In this document: positions 1-9,329 of the stretch, piece after piece
Position numbering within the stretch: position 1 is the stretch's first letter
Layout of the letters: each line of letters starts with the position of its first letter
Assembly (NCBI GenBank): GCA_964418775.1
Contig: CAYQNA010000001.1
Location: 64,446-128,445, forward strand
DNA length: 64,000 nucleotides
Origin: an uncultured Gammaproteobacteria bacterium
Lineage (GTDB): Bacteria > Patescibacteriota > Patescibacteriia > Magasanikbacterales > UBA922
Direction: 5' to 3'
Made by a program: the position numbers and the translations under genes
The notes under the pieces: generated by a model
The model's database searches: none
The model's input: the letters and a program-made list of their open reading frames with translations, nothing else
Told to the model about the DNA's origin: nothing

Positions 1-102
1 TACAAATCCGTGGGTTCGACCGCGTTCATCGATTAAACGTGTGTTGTCTTCGGCTGCCCACAAAACCGAGCGGCCAGTTTTATCACAAAAAATAATACTC
101 AT
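1..102 (-). CDS. Partial CDS (N-terminal fragment, runs off the left edge), hypothetical protein
   Basis: ATG at 102..100 on the minus strand begins MSIIFCDKTGRSVLWAAEDNTRLIDERG... with no stop before the window edge. It starts 2 nt after the stop of the downstream deaminase gene. No recognisable motif. Confidence 0.3.
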   Translation of the reverse strand, partial: MSIIFCDKTGRSVLWAAEDNTRLIDERGRTHGFV

Positions 103-103
103 A

Positions 104-550
104 TTATTCGGAATAATTAAACGAAATGTCGTTGTAAGCTTCGGCTTCGTACCACTGCCAACCATTGGCGCGGTATAGGGCGATGCGCGCGAGCCCGGCA
201 TCAACAATGGCTTTGCTGCAAATAGTACAATACGGTCGCGTAATTTCTAAATTTTTATCCGCACCGAGGCGATAAAAATACATATCAGCACCAGCTAGGT
301 CGGCCGGGGAGTGGCGGAGCGCAGCGGCAATTGCACGCTGTTCAGCATGGATACAGCATGTACGGTCTGATTTGAATCCAGGCTTCAATTCATGCCTGCG
401 GTGGCAGCGTCGTTGGCTATCCAGACCTCCGGGCGGACTATTAAACCCGCGGCCAATAATCTGTCCGTTTTTAACAATAATTGCGCCACACTGACTGCGT
501 TCGCAGGTGGCCGCCTCGGCCATGGCTCTGGTTTCGGCAACAAAATCCAT
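104..550 (-). CDS. CMP/dCMP (cytidine/deoxycytidylate) deaminase family zinc-binding protein
   Basis: CIHAEQRAI (H-A-E zinc ligand/catalytic Glu motif) and PYCTICSKAI (PCxxC motif) are characteristic of the CDA/dCMP deaminase fold. Confidence 0.8.
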   Translation of the reverse strand: MDFVAETRAMAEAATCERSQCGAIIVKNGQIIGRGFNSPPGGLDSQRRCHRRHELKPGFKSDRTCCIHAEQRAIAAALRHSPADLAGADMYFYRLGADKNLEITRPYCTICSKAIVDAGLARIALYRANGWQWYEAEAYNDISFNYSE

Positions 551-636
551 AGTTTTAATACTGTAGCATATTTAAAGCAGGATCGGCTAGCACTTTACAT
601 TGTAAAGTAAAACCCGTATACTGCGGGGACTATTCT

Positions 637-2025
637 ATGATTACCAATCAATACGACATTGCCATTATTGGCGGTGGTGCTAGTGGTACCGCCCTTTTAT
701 ATACCTTGGCTAAATACACCAATGCGAACCGATTGGTGTTGGTAGAAAAATATTCGGCTTTGGGACAAGTAAATTCACACGCCCGCAATAACAGCCAGAC
801 ATTGCATGTGGGCGATATTGAAACAAATTATTCAATTGATAAGGTGCGTCAGGTTAAACCAGCGGCCATGATGGTGGCGCGCTACGCTAGTCAATTGCCG
901 GCTTCGGACCGTGACTCAATCATGAGTGTGGTGCAAAAAATGGTAATTGGCGTGGGTGGCAAAGAAGTCACTGCGCTCAAAAATCGGTACGAAGCACTAC
1001 GGGAATTATTTCCCGAAGTGCAAAAATTAAGCGGTCCAGAAATTGCCGCGGTTGAGCCAGCGGTAATGGCAGGACGTAATCCCAAGCAACCGATTATTGC
1101 GCTCTTTAATCCGCAGGGTTATGCGGTTAACTTTGGCCGTCTCGCCCAATCATTGGCCGATGAGGCCAAAAAAGCCTCGGACAAAAACGTGGAGGTCAAA
1201 GTAAACACGACTGTAGAAAAAATTATTCGCACTGACACCGGGTATATTGTAAAAACAGCCACCGGCGAAATTCACGCGCGCGCCGTTGTGGTCGATGCCG
1301 ATGCGTACAGTTTGGGGTTTGCTAAGTCGCTGGGGTATGGTCGCGAATTTTCGCTAATTCCAATTGCCGGGACTTTTTATTTCACCAAAAATATTTTGAA
1401 AGGCAAAGTATACACGGTTCAGGAGCCGCGTTTGCCATTTGCGGCGGCGCATGGCGACCCAGATGTAAATGTGCCCGATAGCACACGTTGGGGGCCAACC
1501 GCACGTTTTGTGCCTGTGCTCGAAAGCTATAAACCACGTACAATGCTGGCGTATTTACGCGCCGCTGGTCTTGGTCGTCCGCGCACGTGGCTAAGTTTTA
1601 CCAAAATTTTGTTACAACCAGTCCGCTTTTTTTACTTAATCAAAAACATTATTTTTGAATTGCCGATTGTGGGCAAATACCTGTTTGCGGCCACGGCGAT
1701 TAGAAAAATTGCGCCAAGTGTGCGGCTTGGTGATATCCGAGTAGCCAAACATTTTGGCGGCATGCGTTTACAGCGCGTGGATACGCGTACGCACGAATTG
1801 CAGTTGGGCGAAGGCAAAATTATTGGTGACAATATTATCTTTAACATGACCCCATCGCCAGGCGCGAGTGTGTGTTTGTACAACGGCATGCGCGATGCCG
1901 AAAAATTAATGGAATTTTTTAAGGGCGAATTTTCGTTTGATAAACAAGCCATGATGCATGACCTTATGGAAAAACCGGTGGCTCAGACAACTGATGTGTC
2001 GAATAAAACTTCGTACGCGTCCTAG
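637..2025 (+). CDS. mqo: FAD-dependent oxidoreductase, malate:quinone oxidoreductase-like
   Basis: N-terminal dinucleotide-binding fold DIAIIGGGASGTALLY. The segment NNSQTLHVGDIETNYS resembles the MQO motif NNAGTGHSALCELNYT. Length (462 aa) fits. Confidence 0.6.
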   Translation: MITNQYDIAIIGGGASGTALLYTLAKYTNANRLVLVEKYSALGQVNSHARNNSQTLHVGDIETNYSIDKVRQVKPAAMMVARYASQLPASDRDSIMSVVQKMVIGVGGKEVTALKNRYEALRELFPEVQKLSGPEIAAVEPAVMAGRNPKQPIIALFNPQGYAVNFGRLAQSLADEAKKASDKNVEVKVNTTVEKIIRTDTGYIVKTATGEIHARAVVVDADAYSLGFAKSLGYGREFSLIPIAGTFYFTKNILKGKVYTVQEPRLPFAAAHGDPDVNVPDSTRWGPTARFVPVLESYKPRTMLAYLRAAGLGRPRTWLSFTKILLQPVRFFYLIKNIIFELPIVGKYLFAATAIRKIAPSVRLGDIRVAKHFGGMRLQRVDTRTHELQLGEGKIIGDNIIFNMTPSPGASVCLYNGMRDAEKLMEFFKGEFSFDKQAMMHDLMEKPVAQTTDVSNKTSYAS

Positions 2026-2762
2026 TTAATACGCCGTCCAATTTCCCACAGTAAATCAAATAGTTGTTGAAACGTTTCGCGTATAACTTTGCTTTCCACG
2101 GTCCAGGCTAGACCTTCTTCTTTGGTACTGAAAAAAGCGACCGTGTTGTCCCACATGAAGATTGATGCGTGGAATGTTAGTTGTGCGGGCAAGAATTTGG
2201 CTTCGCGCAGTTCACGGCGATTTGAGTCGGTATTGTAGTTTTTGATTTCACGTTTGGAGATACGCAAACTTTTTAAGTGAATATTTTTGGCCACACGCCG
2301 GCGCGTAAAGTGAAACTTTTCGCCAATTAGTTTTTGAAAATCCTGAGCCGCGACAATTTCATATATTGTTTTTTGCTTGGTGGATAAAGCATTATGTAAA
2401 ATATCGGCCACGCGTTCACGGTAATAGACTGATACTTTGCTGATATTACGACCACTGGTTTCCAAGGTTTTGAGGAGTGGAATTATTGTAGTGACTTCGT
2501 GTAAACGTTCCTCGAGGATTTTCTTGAGTACGGCCGGGTCGAGCGCGCTATATACGTGGCGTGATTTATTTTTGGTAATGTTTACGAGTCCACGTTCGTG
2601 GAGGCGATTGGCAATGGATTGAACCGTGGTGATGGGGAGGTGGAGCGAGCGCCCCAATGGGGTAATTGTGTTAGGGCCACTACTTAGGAGGGCGAGATAA
2701 ACCGCCTGTTCATTAGGCAATAAGCCAAATTTACTCAGGGCCTCGTTAATTTCTTGTTGCAT
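2022..2762 (-). CDS. TrmB-family transcriptional regulator
   Basis: N-terminal winged HTH (LSKFGLLPNEQAVYLALLSSGPNTITPLGRSLHLPITTVQSIANRLHERGLV) typical of TrmB regulators, with a C-terminal effector domain. Overlaps the mqo stop by 4 nt, convergent. Confidence 0.65.
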   Translation of the reverse strand: MQQEINEALSKFGLLPNEQAVYLALLSSGPNTITPLGRSLHLPITTVQSIANRLHERGLVNITKNKSRHVYSALDPAVLKKILEERLHEVTTIIPLLKTLETSGRNISKVSVYYRERVADILHNALSTKQKTIYEIVAAQDFQKLIGEKFHFTRRRVAKNIHLKSLRISKREIKNYNTDSNRRELREAKFLPAQLTFHASIFMWDNTVAFFSTKEEGLAWTVESKVIRETFQQLFDLLWEIGRRIN

Positions 2763-2924
2763 ATCTACGATATATTTCGTAGTAAATAATGACTACTTAT
2801 TGCCTAATTATAGAGATAAAATAGGGTATTGTAAAGTTATACACAGATTTTCATCGTAGTAAAAATAGGGGTCAGGTATAGTGGCTATGTAATCGATTAC
2901 ACGCTCATTACAACGGAGGAACCA

Positions 2925-3344
2925 ATGTCCAAGAAGCTGATGGTTGATATTGTAGTGACGGTCGAGCGTTCGGCAGTGCTGCTGATCGCCCGGGCCAAGC
3001 CGCCGTTCATGGATCGCCTGGTGTTGCCGGGCGGGCATGTGGAAGCGAACGATTCGTCGTTCGTCGAGGCAGCGGCGCGTGAGCTCGCGGAAGAAGTCGG
3101 GATCGTCATTGACCCGGCTGAACTCCACTGGCTCATGCGTCTCGACACACCTGGTCGTGACCCGCGCTACGACACGGCCTCGGTCGTGTACCACGTCGAT
3201 GTTTCGGCAACGATCGCGGCTCAGGCTGCAGCTGGCAGCGACGCCCGCGCGCTCGCATTCCACCTCATCCATGAACTCAAGCCCGAGCAGTTGGGCTTTG
3301 ACCACTGGCTGGCGATCAGCCGGCTCAAGGAGGTGCTCGCATGA
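2925..3344 (+). CDS. NUDIX hydrolase
   Basis: Nudix box GGHVEANDSSFVEAAARELAEEVGI (GX5EX7REUXEEXGU). Lies in a locally GC-rich segment. Confidence 0.85.
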   Translation: MSKKLMVDIVVTVERSAVLLIARAKPPFMDRLVLPGGHVEANDSSFVEAAARELAEEVGIVIDPAELHWLMRLDTPGRDPRYDTASVVYHVDVSATIAAQAAAGSDARALAFHLIHELKPEQLGFDHWLAISRLKEVLA

Positions 3345-3598
3345 AGGTCATCAAGGAAGGCAAGTGGACCGTGCCCTGGCAGCAGGAAATGACCTGCACT
3401 GACAAGCAGTGTGAGGCACAACTTCTGATCGAAGAGGCCGATGTGATCGCACCTGACCAGTCCGAGCTGTTCAAGGCTGTGTGTCCGGTCTGCGGCACGA
3501 GTCTTGTCCTGAAGTCCAGTGAGCTGCCGCGCCGCATCAAGGATGTGCTCAACAAGATGCGTAAGCCGCCGCCTAGAGCGTATTCTTCCTGGGACTAA
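3341..3598 (+). CDS. Small zinc-ribbon-like hypothetical protein
   Basis: 85 aa with CTDKQC ... CPVCG cysteine pairs. Its start overlaps the NUDIX stop (ATGA), which suggests translational coupling. Confidence 0.5.
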   Translation: MKVIKEGKWTVPWQQEMTCTDKQCEAQLLIEEADVIAPDQSELFKAVCPVCGTSLVLKSSELPRRIKDVLNKMRKPPPRAYSSWD

Positions 3599-3659
3599 CC
3601 TCTGCAGCCACCCGAGCGGCTTACAATAGCTCGGGGATCAATAGTGTGCACACTTAGAA

Positions 3660-3691
3660 AAAACATCCCAACAAAGGGATGTTTTTTGTTT
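3660..3691. terminator. Rho-independent terminator, bidirectional
   Basis: Hairpin AACATCCC-AACAAA-GGGATGTT followed by a T-run on the + strand and an A-run upstream. Lies between convergent genes. Confidence 0.7.
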
Positions 3692-3704
3692 GCAATCATT
3701 TTCA

Positions 3705-4256
3705 CTACACAATTTTGGAAAACTTTTTCTTGAGTAGCCACACCACAACCATCGCAATTATGGTACCAGTCCCGGCCAGCACTATGTCAGTCTGCGCGTC
3801 CCAAATATCTCCCTGCGCACCCAAAAACGCCATGCCTAACTCCGGCGCAACACGCAGGGCCGAAACCCATTCAATGATTTCATACAACGCTGAGAACGAA
3901 AGAATAATATCCACTGGCAAATAATACGACCAACCACCACGCACACCGGCCAAACGCACCACAATTTCGCGCGCTGGGTAAGCCATGAGCAAACCAAACA
4001 AAAAGTGCATCAAACGGTCATACATGTTGCGTTCCACATCAAGCCAACCACCAAGAATATCACCCAATGGTACGTGTTCGTACGTGTAATGTGAGCCCAT
4101 CAAATGCAACACGGCCAAAATCAAAAGTAGTGTGTACGACGCATTAGAACATTTTAATTTTTTGCCAAAAATAATCAACAAAATCGGGATCAAAAACACG
4201 AGGAAATTTTCGAGCAACCAATCGTGCGGAAACAAAGGCTTAATTGCTGCCGCCAC
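3705..4256 (-). CDS. DUF2238/YjdF-like inner membrane protein
   Basis: Multi-TM hydrophobic profile. The sequence pattern (HYTYEHVPLG ... RLMHFLFGLL) is reminiscent of the YjdF/DUF2238 family. Confidence 0.5.
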   Translation of the reverse strand: MAAAIKPLFPHDWLLENFLVFLIPILLIIFGKKLKCSNASYTLLLILAVLHLMGSHYTYEHVPLGDILGGWLDVERNMYDRLMHFLFGLLMAYPAREIVVRLAGVRGGWSYYLPVDIILSFSALYEIIEWVSALRVAPELGMAFLGAQGDIWDAQTDIVLAGTGTIIAMVVVWLLKKKFSKIV

Positions 4257-4314
4257 CCAAGTCCCCAGAAAAATTACGACTAAAAATAATCGGTATCTGG
4301 AAAGGCCGAATATA

Positions 4315-5244
4315 TTATCTTGCTAACCAATAAATTGCAATGTTACCGTATTCATTGGTACCATTTGACCAGTCATCTTTTGCTTCAGTCAAACTGTTTT
4401 TACGATACAACAGAGTACCAAAATTTGTTTCCTGACTGAGACATTGATGATCTTTGAGTGCCTCGGCCAATGACTTCCGACTTGGGCGCAGATCTTTGAG
4501 GAGTGGGTCATTAGCCTTAAGATCAACCCAGTGGCTACTCGTCACATTATACGTCGCATACGTGCTGGTGTTGTAACCGGTTTTAAACACAATTGCACTC
4601 TCGGTCGCGCCCACCAACGCGGTTGCACTAATGGGATTTCCATCACCACCCGCACACTCCAATATATCAGGGTTATCTGGGCAAGCAATTTCCTCAATTG
4701 GTCTATATTTTGCGGGGATTAATACAGGGCTCAAGGTATTGTCAGCTACTTTGTACAAAGAATTGGCCACAAGCCCGCTTCCCAAACCCCATTCTTCGGT
4801 ACTAAATAAAAACAAATCTGGCCCTACTCGCACTGCCTGCGCATCGTCCACAAGCGTTGTTGTGACTGTGACAACGGGTTTAATTACATTGTATCGGTCA
4901 GCTTCGGATTTGATTGTCATCAGGGTCGGTTGGCCAGGGTTAAGCACCAAGACCTGATTTTGTTCTGGATAAATAAAAGACGCAACACGTACCTGGACTG
5001 GTACTAATTTTTTTGTAGGGAAATTTTGGCTTGTTTCGCTTGGTTTAAAAGAAGCATCGAGTTGAATACAGGTTACGGTCGGTTCTGGTGCAGCTTCTTT
5101 TGGTGTGCTGGTGTTAATGGCCACTGGTGTTGCCTTCGTGAGACGAATAGTTTGCGTGCGGTATGTATAATAGGCGCTGCCTGCGAGCAGAGCAGCAATC
5201 ATGAGCCCGCTGCCTACGAGCGCCGGACTAAACGGTTTGGCCAT
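4315..5244 (-). CDS. Hypothetical membrane-anchored/secreted protein
   Basis: N-terminal TM/signal segment (ALVGSGLMIAALLAGSAYY). The rest is Thr/Ser/Pro-rich and probably extracytoplasmic. No catalytic motif recognised. Confidence 0.5.
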   Translation of the reverse strand: MAKPFSPALVGSGLMIAALLAGSAYYTYRTQTIRLTKATPVAINTSTPKEAAPEPTVTCIQLDASFKPSETSQNFPTKKLVPVQVRVASFIYPEQNQVLVLNPGQPTLMTIKSEADRYNVIKPVVTVTTTLVDDAQAVRVGPDLFLFSTEEWGLGSGLVANSLYKVADNTLSPVLIPAKYRPIEEIACPDNPDILECAGGDGNPISATALVGATESAIVFKTGYNTSTYATYNVTSSHWVDLKANDPLLKDLRPSRKSLAEALKDHQCLSQETNFGTLLYRKNSLTEAKDDWSNGTNEYGNIAIYWLAR

Positions 5245-5307
5245 AGAATTTTTAGAAGATTATTGTATACTGTAAGTATTCCACAGTTTAGTGGGCTTTT
5301 CAAGAGT

Positions 5308-5907
5308 ATGGAACGAAATAAAAAGATTGGGATTTTGTGGCTAGTCGTGCCTATTTTGACGTTGTTTCTGTGTCTAAGTTTGTGGGCGATTACCATCTTC
5401 GCACTGCATAATGTTAGCAGTGCTGCTGGCACGTCGTCCGCAGCTGGCTCTACTATCGCACAGCTAATTAATGTGGCTCTGAGTTTGGTGGGAATTCTAG
5501 CTGTGATTGGAATTGTTGTGGGAATACCGGTCGGAATTATCTATTTACTGCGTAAACCAGAAGAAAATGACGTGAATCGATTACAAAAATTGCCGGCATA
5601 TACTGGCCTAACAGTAGAACAAATTCAGTACATTACGGGTTGGTCGTGGGGAGCATTTTTTGGCAACATTATTTGGCCGCTGGGTAATAAGTTATGGCTG
5701 TTTTCCTTATTGCGAATACTCCCACTAATTAGTTTATACGCTTGGATTAAGCTCTCCTTGAGTGGTCGTCAAATGGCTTGGGAGCAGGGCGGTTGGCAAA
5801 GTTTTGCGCAATTTAAAAAACGTCAGCAAATTATTGCTGGCGTTGTTTGGGGCTTTGTGATTTTAGGAATTGTACTAGCTGTTATGACTGAAGTAGGTAG
5901 TCGGTAA
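5308..5907 (+). CDS. Hypothetical integral membrane protein
   Basis: ATG at 5308 (MERNKKIGILWLVV...) followed by about 4 TM helices. The longer track ORF starting at 5026 overlaps the opposite-strand gene and is probably an over-extension. Confidence 0.5.
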   Translation: MERNKKIGILWLVVPILTLFLCLSLWAITIFALHNVSSAAGTSSAAGSTIAQLINVALSLVGILAVIGIVVGIPVGIIYLLRKPEENDVNRLQKLPAYTGLTVEQIQYITGWSWGAFFGNIIWPLGNKLWLFSLLRILPLISLYAWIKLSLSGRQMAWEQGGWQSFAQFKKRQQIIAGVVWGFVILGIVLAVMTEVGSR

Positions 5908-5968
5908 GTTATCCCCACCACGCTCTTGACCCTTACGTTACGTCATAGTTTATGCTAGGGTATAGGAT

Positions 5969-6724
5969 ATGTCCTACACTGTTCAAGCTCTAGCAAAACT
6001 AGCCAATACCAGCGTGCGCACGCTGCATTATTACGATGCCATTGGCTTGCTGGCGCCCAGCCGCGTTGGTCGGAATGGTTATCGTCAGTACGACGAGCCT
6101 GACCTACTTAAGCTGCAACAAATTCTATTTTTCCGCGAATTGGATTTTTCACTGGCGGATATTAAGCGAATTTTGTCTTCGCCGTACTTTGATATGGCTA
6201 CGGCTTTGGCTGACCACCGGCATTTGTTGGTCTTGAAACGGAAACGGTTGAATCGATTGGTTGCTACCATTGATCAGACCATTAAGAAAATTAACCAAGA
6301 AACAAGTATGTCTGACGAAGAATTATACGATGCCTTTGCTGACGAGGAAACGAAACATTATGCGGCCGAGGCTAAACAACGGTGGGGGAATACGGATGCG
6401 TACAAACAGTCGCAGGCGCGTGTGAGCAAAATGACCAAGGCACAAATGGCCAAATTAAAAGAAGATGGGGTCAAACATACACAGGCGATTGCCGAGGCGA
6501 TGGATTTGGGGGTCGATAGTCCAGAAGTCCAGGCACTCATTAAAAAAAGCCACGAGGGTGTGAACTTTTTTTATGACTGCAGCTTGGAAATGTTCCGTAA
6601 TTTGGGGCAAATGTACGTGGATGACCCACGCTTTACGGCGTATTACGAAAAGTTTCGGCCAGGCCTGGCTATGTTTATGCGTGATGCAATCAAGCTCTAT
6701 TGCGACAAGCAGGCAAAAGCTTAA
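5969..6724 (+). CDS. MerR-family transcriptional regulator with TipAS-like C-terminal domain (TipAL/Mta-like)
   Basis: N-terminal MerR HTH (YTVQALAKLANTSVRTLHYYDAIGLL). The coiled-coil linker and C-terminal domain are typical of TipAL/Mta/BmrR-type multidrug-responsive regulators. Confidence 0.75.
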   Translation: MSYTVQALAKLANTSVRTLHYYDAIGLLAPSRVGRNGYRQYDEPDLLKLQQILFFRELDFSLADIKRILSSPYFDMATALADHRHLLVLKRKRLNRLVATIDQTIKKINQETSMSDEELYDAFADEETKHYAAEAKQRWGNTDAYKQSQARVSKMTKAQMAKLKEDGVKHTQAIAEAMDLGVDSPEVQALIKKSHEGVNFFYDCSLEMFRNLGQMYVDDPRFTAYYEKFRPGLAMFMRDAIKLYCDKQAKA

Positions 6725-6730
6725 TAAAAA

Positions 6731-6760
6731 ATACCAGCGTGACGGCTGGTGTTTTTTATT
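6731..6760. terminator. Rho-independent terminator, bidirectional
   Basis: Hairpin ACCAGCGTGACGGCTGGT flanked by an A-run and a T-run, between convergent genes. Confidence 0.7.
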
Positions 6761-7562
6761 GACTGTTAAAGTTAATAAAGTTAGCGCTTTCGTAACGTTT
6801 GACGGCACGTTTGAAAACAAAAATAGAAAAACAAAACCAGGCAAAGGTTACGACTGTAATGAGGGCTGCCTTTGACCAATCTAAATCACGTACTGCTTCC
6901 ACGGGCAAGGCAGCGATTACCAAAGAGGGAATAATGAATGTGTAGATGAAGCGTGCGGCACCTTGGAAAGCGCCACCGTGGAACATTGAAGGTGTAACAA
7001 ATAAGTCAAATAAACTTGGCGTAATTGACGTCGCATCCGTGAATAAAAAGCTACTCGAGAAAATTACAATTGTCGATGCCAGGAAAGCAATCGTCGCCAC
7101 AATGGCTATCATGATGATTAGTAGCGCCTGCAACCAGGACACTTTGATAAGTAGACCAAAAATCCCTAAACAAATTAAGCCAAATAGTATGTCCCCAACC
7201 GCCGAAGCACTGAATGAAGCGGTGGCAATGCGGAGCAGTAAATTTTTGGGTGACAGCATGAAGCGGTCAAATGCACCGCTGGCAATATATTCTGGTAGAT
7301 TGCGGATACCAGCACCGATTGAAAATATAATTCCAAATGTTAAGGCCACAAAACCATTTAAACCAATAATATCAGCCACTGACCATCCATTAACTTCTCC
7401 AACTGATTGCACAAAAAAACCCCATAGAACCACAAACGAGCAATTGTTGATAGCCATCCCAACAATATTAAGCCAAAAACTGGTGCGTAATTCGGCACTG
7501 CCCTGTAAATTTTTTTTAATGGCGTAGAGTGCAAAACGAAATTCTCTGTACATATTAGCCAC
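6756..7562 (-). CDS. ABC-2 family transporter permease
   Basis: About 6 TM helices. Immediately downstream of, and overlapping, a second permease and an ABC ATPase in the same orientation. Confidence 0.65.
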   Translation of the reverse strand: MANMYREFRFALYAIKKNLQGSAELRTSFWLNIVGMAINNCSFVVLWGFFVQSVGEVNGWSVADIIGLNGFVALTFGIIFSIGAGIRNLPEYIASGAFDRFMLSPKNLLLRIATASFSASAVGDILFGLICLGIFGLLIKVSWLQALLIIMIAIVATIAFLASTIVIFSSSFLFTDATSITPSLFDLFVTPSMFHGGAFQGAARFIYTFIIPSLVIAALPVEAVRDLDWSKAALITVVTFAWFCFSIFVFKRAVKRYESANFINFNSQ

Positions 7563-8355
7563 CGTTAATAGAAACTTTACGATGTGCTGCTCGTGACATC
7601 AATGTGATTACTGATAATAATACGATGAGCCAGAATAATTGAATTCCCATAAGAACAGGCCAATCAGTCTGCCACGAGTCATATACTGTGTGCGTAATGA
7701 ACTGTGAGGCTCCAAATGGGCTGTAGCGGGCAATTTTGTAAAGAAAGTCGGGGAATAAGGCTACTGGCAAATATGAGCCTCCCAAAATCATTAGGGATTT
7801 ATCAGTAATCCAGTACAGTGGATTTATCTCTTCGAGCCAGAAAGCGCAGAGGCCAATAATGGCATAGAGTAAAAAACTTAATGTAGTCGAGAGCAGGAGG
7901 GTAATTATAACAGTTAGCAGTAAAACGGGTGAATGGAAGGTTTGGGGTAGCCCAAACATTTGTGTTAAAACAATACTCCCTAAAAATAAGACTAGTATAA
8001 ATTCGTGTAAGCCGTTACCAATTTGCCACCAAGCCCGATAAGGCAAGTACGAGATTGGTTTGTTGAATAAAACCTCGATCGTTCCAGATCGCACATCGTT
8101 CATTATGGTTCTGCACACTTCCCTAAGTCGTAAGGCATGAAATACGGTGTACATAAATAAGCCCCAGGCTGCAACTGAATAGGGAACGCCGTTTACTTCG
8201 CCACCACGCAGTTTAAAAACATACCAGTATAAATATAATACGAGCGCGCATCGAGCCGTTCGAGTAAAAGATTCGGCTAAAAAACGTCCGGGATAATGGA
8301 TTCTTTCTTTTAGTAATGTGCGAATAATACTACGCGCCAGTCGCATCTCTTTCAT
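7555..8355 (-). CDS. ABC-2 family transporter permease
   Basis: Multi-TM protein. Overlaps the ATPase gene end and the downstream permease start, an operon arrangement. Confidence 0.65.
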   Translation of the reverse strand: MKEMRLARSIIRTLLKERIHYPGRFLAESFTRTARCALVLYLYWYVFKLRGGEVNGVPYSVAAWGLFMYTVFHALRLREVCRTIMNDVRSGTIEVLFNKPISYLPYRAWWQIGNGLHEFILVLFLGSIVLTQMFGLPQTFHSPVLLLTVIITLLLSTTLSFLLYAIIGLCAFWLEEINPLYWITDKSLMILGGSYLPVALFPDFLYKIARYSPFGASQFITHTVYDSWQTDWPVLMGIQLFWLIVLLSVITLMSRAAHRKVSINGG

Positions 8356-9325
8356 AAATATGGCGGATTACACTTTCCAAATCAGTGTTATAAACATCAA
8401 GGTCACTCACCTCAAAAATTTCGAGCAAGGTTTGCAGTGCCGTTTTGACGGTGGTTTTATTGATGTCCACTGATATGGTGACTTTGGCTGCGCTTTTATT
8501 TAGGTAGGTAAGGCCGGCAGGTAGGGCGGGGAATTGTTTAAAACTATCGGCAGGTACGAGGTCAATATATTTTTCAAATACAAATGTGCGTGCTAGATCT
8601 GCAGTGGGAAGATCTTTAATAATTTGGCCATGATTGATGATAATTGTGCGGTCGCACAGGGTTTCAATATCGCCAACATCGTGCGAAGTAAGGAAAATTG
8701 TGGCGCCCTCCTCGCGATTAATGGTGAGTAGCAGATCGCGCAGTGATTTTTTGGCCACAACATCCAGGCCAATGGTTGGTTCATCAAGAAGAATGATTTT
8801 TGGTTTGTGAATAAGGGAGGCAGCGACTTCGGCGCGCATACGTTGACCAAGCGAAAGTTTGCGCACGGGTTGGTCAATAAAATCTTCGAGATTGAAAATT
8901 TCAGTTAATTCATTAATTCTTTTGGTAATTTGTTTATCACTCAAATCATACATGACGCCAAAGAACTCAAGCGAGTCAGTGAGCGGAAGATTAGGGAGGA
9001 GTTGCGAACGTTGACCAAACACGGTCCCAATTTGGTATGCTAATTTTTTGCGATCTTTGGTCGGGTCCAGACCAAGCACACTCATGCTGCCAGAGGTGGG
9101 AAATAGAATGCCCGTGAGCATTTTGATAGTAGTTGATTTGCCTGCGCCATTTGGACCAATAAACGCAATGCGTTCGCCCTTGGCCACAGAAAAGGAGATA
9201 TTGTCGACCGCAGTCACCTCACGAATTTCCGGAGACAATAAATTTTTTACCCAATTATGATTGGGGTTTTTGACGGGAAATTTAAACTTTTTCGAAAGAT
9301 TCGAAATGACAATTGATTTGGACAT
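8330..9325 (-). CDS. ABC transporter ATP-binding protein
   Basis: Walker A GPNGAGKSTT, ABC signature LSLGQRMR, Walker B ILLDEPT. Start chosen at MSKSIVISNL (ATG 9325), 4 nt after the upstream gene stop. Confidence 0.85.
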   Translation of the reverse strand: MSKSIVISNLSKKFKFPVKNPNHNWVKNLLSPEIREVTAVDNISFSVAKGERIAFIGPNGAGKSTTIKMLTGILFPTSGSMSVLGLDPTKDRKKLAYQIGTVFGQRSQLLPNLPLTDSLEFFGVMYDLSDKQITKRINELTEIFNLEDFIDQPVRKLSLGQRMRAEVAASLIHKPKIILLDEPTIGLDVVAKKSLRDLLLTINREEGATIFLTSHDVGDIETLCDRTIIINHGQIIKDLPTADLARTFVFEKYIDLVPADSFKQFPALPAGLTYLNKSAAKVTISVDINKTTVKTALQTLLEIFEVSDLDVYNTDLESVIRHIYERDATGA

Positions 9326-9329
9326 AGTC

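Noticed and set aside
2808-3305. 165-aa minus-strand ORF overlapping the NUDIX gene
   Set aside because: It lies antisense to a gene with a clear Nudix box. The product is a low-complexity Arg-rich sequence typical of GC-rich antisense frames.
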